Shown here: piece by piece, positions 61,187 to 64,000 of the stretch
How the letters are laid out: every line of letters starts with the position of its first letter
Position numbering within the stretch: position 1 is the stretch's first letter
Origin: an archaeon
Lineage (GTDB): Archaea; Nanobdellota; Nanobdellia; Pacearchaeales; GW2011-AR1
Direction: 5' to 3'
Length of the DNA stretch: 64,000 nucleotides
Assembly: GCA_018651925.1 (NCBI GenBank)
Contig: JABIDC010000009.1
Span: 80,403-144,402 of the forward strand
Translations under genes and position numbers: made by a program
Notes under the pieces: generated by a model
What the model was told of the DNA's origin: nothing
Databases searched by the model: none
What the model saw: the letters and a program-made list of their open reading frames with translations, nothing else

Positions 61187-62097
61187 AGTTTGCAAATTGC
61201 AGCCTCATTTTTATTTTGTAAATCTTCCATGTCTGAAACGACAAGGTTTAGGTCTTCTGAGTTTTCAATCAAATTAAGTTTATTAGAAAAACTAACTAGC
61301 TCTAGATTTGAGTTACAATTGTTAGATTGTACTAGTCTCGCCTTATCATCGTAAAGATTTGCAAGTTCTTGTGCTCGTAACATCAATCGTTTTAGGGTGC
61401 ATTCATAAGTTTGTTTGTCTCCAAAAATTGCCGCATACATTAATGCTTCTCCGCTAAAATAAAGAGTTTGATCATTTTTTTCCACTTTTTCCCTTCCAAT
61501 GTCAACTTTGATGTCACAGTTCCCTGAGAAACAAATTTCAATACATTCTTCTGGGAAATTTTCTCTATCATTAAAAATATTCTCTTGATTTAAGTTTTCC
61601 AATTCTTCTTCAATTTCTCCTGGGGCAGAAATAAAACAATAATCTTTTTCTGCAGAAGTCATATAGATTAAATCAGAAACTTTATATGGAAAGAAGAATG
61701 GTTTAGAAAAGATAAAAAACTTTTTCCCTTCAACTTCTCTTGGAGAGAAGATATATTTATTTGAAAAGCCCACTTCAATATCTGTCTCTGTCCATTTCCC
61801 AAGATTTTTTTGGGAAACACTAATCAATTGTCTTCCAAAAGTTCCAAAATCATTACAGGAATTATAAATTTTCGTCTCTACCGGCATAGTAAAACTGCTT
61901 GTTTTACTTGATTCAAATCCTGTTTCAAGAGGGCTTAATAAAATTCCAATTTCTTTGCTAGTTTTTGCTCCTTGTAATTCCTCCTCGTTGCCAATCATTG
62001 TTGTAACTGCATAAATTGCAAGAAATAAAATTGCAGCCCCAATAATTATCCCAAAAAGCCAAGAGAAAGACATCTCGAATCCTCTTTTATTATTCAT
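61180..62097 (-). CDS. Class III signal peptide (prepilin-like) protein 2, hypothetical, 305 aa
   Basis: MNNKRGF then EMSFSWLFGIIIGAAILFLAIYAV. The mature part has 8 Cys. Confidence 0.6.
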   Translation of the reverse strand: MNNKRGFEMSFSWLFGIIIGAAILFLAIYAVTTMIGNEEELQGAKTSKEIGILLSPLETGFESSKTSSFTMPVETKIYNSCNDFGTFGRQLISVSQKNLGKWTETDIEVGFSNKYIFSPREVEGKKFFIFSKPFFFPYKVSDLIYMTSAEKDYCFISAPGEIEEELENLNQENIFNDRENFPEECIEICFSGNCDIKVDIGREKVEKNDQTLYFSGEALMYAAIFGDKQTYECTLKRLMLRAQELANLYDDKARLVQSNNCNSNLELVSFSNKLNLIENSEDLNLVVSDMEDLQNKNEAAICKLW

Positions 62098-62584
62098 CCT
62101 TCATTAAAACAAGAGTGTCTTCAAAATTTTTAGAAAGAGTAATTTTAACTTTCCCATTTTCCACTACAAAGCATTTGGGGTTTCTTTCTAATGTTATCTT
62201 TTCAACATCTATATGATTTATTTTTGTTGAGTCAAGTCCATCTGCTGAGCCAACAGGATAAAAAGCAAGATTTTCTTCGCCATAAAAAACTCTTTGAAAA
62301 TCAGAATATTTTTCACTTGAGAATCTAGAATCAAAATCAACAATACAAACTTCCTGAACATCATTTGGAAGAAAGTATTCTAATTCTTGAGATCCCTGTC
62401 CTCCCTTCCATAATTTATCTACTCCTTCTTGCAATCCGGTTTTAAAGTCTAAAAGTTTTAGATCTTCCCCGGTATTCACAAAGCTCATTATTGCAAAAAT
62501 TGCAAAAGCCAAAAAGGCCACAATTAAAATAATTGAAAAAATCATGCCAAAAGATAATTGCATCTGTCCTCTTTTATTCTTCAT
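62090..62584 (-). CDS. Class III signal peptide (prepilin-like) protein 1, hypothetical
   Basis: MKNKRGQ then MQLSFGMIFSIILIVAFLAFAIFAI. The mature part has 2 Cys. Confidence 0.6.
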   Translation of the reverse strand: MKNKRGQMQLSFGMIFSIILIVAFLAFAIFAIMSFVNTGEDLKLLDFKTGLQEGVDKLWKGGQGSQELEYFLPNDVQEVCIVDFDSRFSSEKYSDFQRVFYGEENLAFYPVGSADGLDSTKINHIDVEKITLERNPKCFVVENGKVKITLSKNFEDTLVLMKDE

Positions 62585-62606
62585 AGTTAATTAAAAAATA
62601 TAAAAT

Positions 62607-64000
62607 TTATAAATCTATACCCACGTCTGTAGCTCGTACAATCATGTTACATTGATTTCCTCCTACTGGAAGATTATAATATTCATCTCGACATTTAATG
62701 AATAGGTCTGATTGAGTATTCCAAGGAGTGAAGTGTTCTAAGTTATCTGAAGTAGTCATAGGATTCATTTCTTCAAAAGAGATAGAGCAATCATTTGTAG
62801 AATAAGAACACTCTGATTCTTCATTTGTAATAAGTTTTAATTTATTGTCTTCGTTATATGCTCTAACCACAACTGGTGCTTCTTTATCTGATTCAACATA
62901 GAAATCAATTTCTCGTTTATCCTCGTTTCCTCCAAGGTCAACACATTTAAGGAAATAGTGATAATTTCCTTCTTCAAGATAAACTTCCTGTGAATGTTCA
63001 TATGAATTAGTATTAAAAAACTCAATATAATTACTATCTGTTTCACTATAATAACAAGTTGCTTCTCCTTCGTTGAATCCTTCTTTTGTTTCCATCGTAA
63101 ATTCAACTTTAACTGAATTAGCTGAATCCCTGATAACATCTGTTCCATTTGGTTGAAAATCTCCAATGTATAATGGTCGAGTTCCAATTAATGTAAATTT
63201 ATATGATTCCGCATTTGTGTTTCTTTTATCTTCTACAACTCCAATTGGTTGGTCGCGGCATCTAAAGTAAAATTTATTCTCCATCCGATTTTGTAATCCA
63301 GTAAGCGTTGTTTTACATGAATAGAGCATTTGACCATTAATCTCTCCAATGCTTCTGTCACAATTTTCAAATGTTTCTTCCATGTTTTCATAAGTCAAAT
63401 CTAAATGGCTCCACTTACATTCAGAAGGTTCATTTAAGTATAATTCAAAATCTTCCACATTTGTTTGATCAAATTTAATTGGCATTTCGTTAATTATTGA
63501 GGTTGAAACAATTAGTGGAGCTGTTGTGTCTGGACCTTCTTCAACACAATACTTGAAAACAAAGTTTGCTAAATTTGAGTTATCGTTAGCATCTGCGCAC
63601 CGAACATATAATTCATATTGTCCGTCATTTTCCAGAGTAATATTTTCTGCACCTAAGTTGGCACTTCCAGGAAGACTCAATTGAAATTCATGTGTTTCTT
63701 GCAATAATGAACCAGATAAGAAAATTCTCATTTCATCAAAACTTGCTTTTCTTTCAGGATCAATTTTACATTTAGCAGGTTCATCAAGAGTAATCCCTAT
63801 TTTTAATGGTGTGAACGCTTTAACACATCCGTCAGTTGCATCATTAACCACAGTTACTCCTCTATCTGGTGGACTAACTGCGTTATCTGGGGTATATCTA
63901 TATCCTTCTAAAAGTGCATCATCCCAAGCTTCAATAATTGGAAACTCATTATCATTTCTATTAACCCAAACACATTTCTCTTCGCTTGTTCCAGGATTAA
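62607..64000 (-). CDS. Large extracellular repeat protein, 5-prime end outside the window
   Basis: The track starts it at GTG 63851. The same frame stays open to base 64000 (...NPGTSEEKCVWVNRNDNEFPIIEAWDDALLEGYRYTPDNAVSPPDRGVTV-VNDATDG...). It contains four ~100-aa modules with a shared Cys/His/Cys-x-Asp frame. It lies 22 nt upstream of the pilin-like genes on the same strand. Confidence 0.7.
   Translation of the reverse strand, partial: NPGTSEEKCVWVNRNDNEFPIIEAWDDALLEGYRYTPDNAVSPPDRGVTVVNDATDGCVKAFTPLKIGITLDEPAKCKIDPERKASFDEMRIFLSGSLLQETHEFQLSLPGSANLGAENITLENDGQYELYVRCADANDNSNLANFVFKYCVEEGPDTTAPLIVSTSIINEMPIKFDQTNVEDFELYLNEPSECKWSHLDLTYENMEETFENCDRSIGEINGQMLYSCKTTLTGLQNRMENKFYFRCRDQPIGVVEDKRNTNAESYKFTLIGTRPLYIGDFQPNGTDVIRDSANSVKVEFTMETKEGFNEGEATCYYSETDSNYIEFFNTNSYEHSQEVYLEEGNYHYFLKCVDLGGNEDKREIDFYVESDKEAPVVVRAYNEDNKLKLITNEESECSYSTNDCSISFEEMNPMTTSDNLEHFTPWNTQSDLFIKCRDEYYNLPVGGNQCNMIVRATDVGIDL

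Noticed and set aside
14199-61195. Track start codons at 14207, 21589, 25516, 31649, 37304, 47194, 50325, 51781 and 61195
   Set aside because: Inspection shows these are TTG or GTG codons. In each case a nearby in-frame ATG has better context (a TATA-like element at leaderless spacing, a GGAGG-like site, or stop/start overlap with the upstream gene). I therefore used the ATG coordinates.
1-64000. A scan for CRISPR arrays, rRNA genes, transposases, integrases, toxin-antitoxin pairs and known defence genes
   Set aside because: I found none. All long ORFs are accounted for by housekeeping, glycosylation or envelope functions. The only repeat of note is the 24-nt tRNA-Ser end copy, reported separately.

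Overview
This is a visibly AT-rich archaeal chromosome segment. It is gene-dense with many overlapping stops and starts, and looks like a small-genome DPANN-type archaeon. A Pace-/Woesearchaeota-like origin is only my inference, from the gene content and an archaeosortase-like gene.

Layout, left to right:
1. secF-secD (1-2.3 kb).
2. An ~18 kb protein-glycosylation island (2.7-20.7 kb). It holds a flippase, a nonulosonic-acid-type sugar cassette, an orphan GT-B-like protein, three glycosyltransferases, two methyltransferases, a WecB-like epimerase and gmd. It ends at aglB (WWDYG oligosaccharyltransferase) and an AglH-like GlcNAc-1-P transferase.
3. A SpoIIM-like protein, an eIF-2B-family protein, prefoldin alpha and a DUF106 insertase. 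These are followed by the complete archaeal main ribosomal-protein operon uL3...uL15-secY on the minus strand (23.5-36.5 kb).
4. A housekeeping block (37-52 kb): AI-2E permease, AMP phosphorylase, tRNA-Ser, XPD-like helicase, uL1-uL10-P1, S2P protease, eL40, aIF5A, FKBP, ftsZ, secE, spt5, uL11, tRNA-Pro, eL43, rpoP, prefoldin beta and sepF.
5. A cell-envelope locus (52.8-64 kb). It holds a surface protein with a C-terminal sorting signal, a PAP2 phosphatase, an archaeosortase-family protein and two orphan membrane proteins. It also holds a highly expressed S-layer-like gene, a small wHTH regulator, and an operon of four tandem prepilin-like proteins behind a large Cys-framed repeat protein that runs off the window end.

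I saw no rRNA, CRISPR array, transposase, integrase or recognisable defence genes.

The best candidate for an undescribed system is the pilin-like operon plus repeat protein at 60.2-64 kb. The next best are the archaeosortase/substrate pair and the atypical nonulosonic-acid cassette. All family calls rest on motifs read by eye and on synteny; no searches were run.
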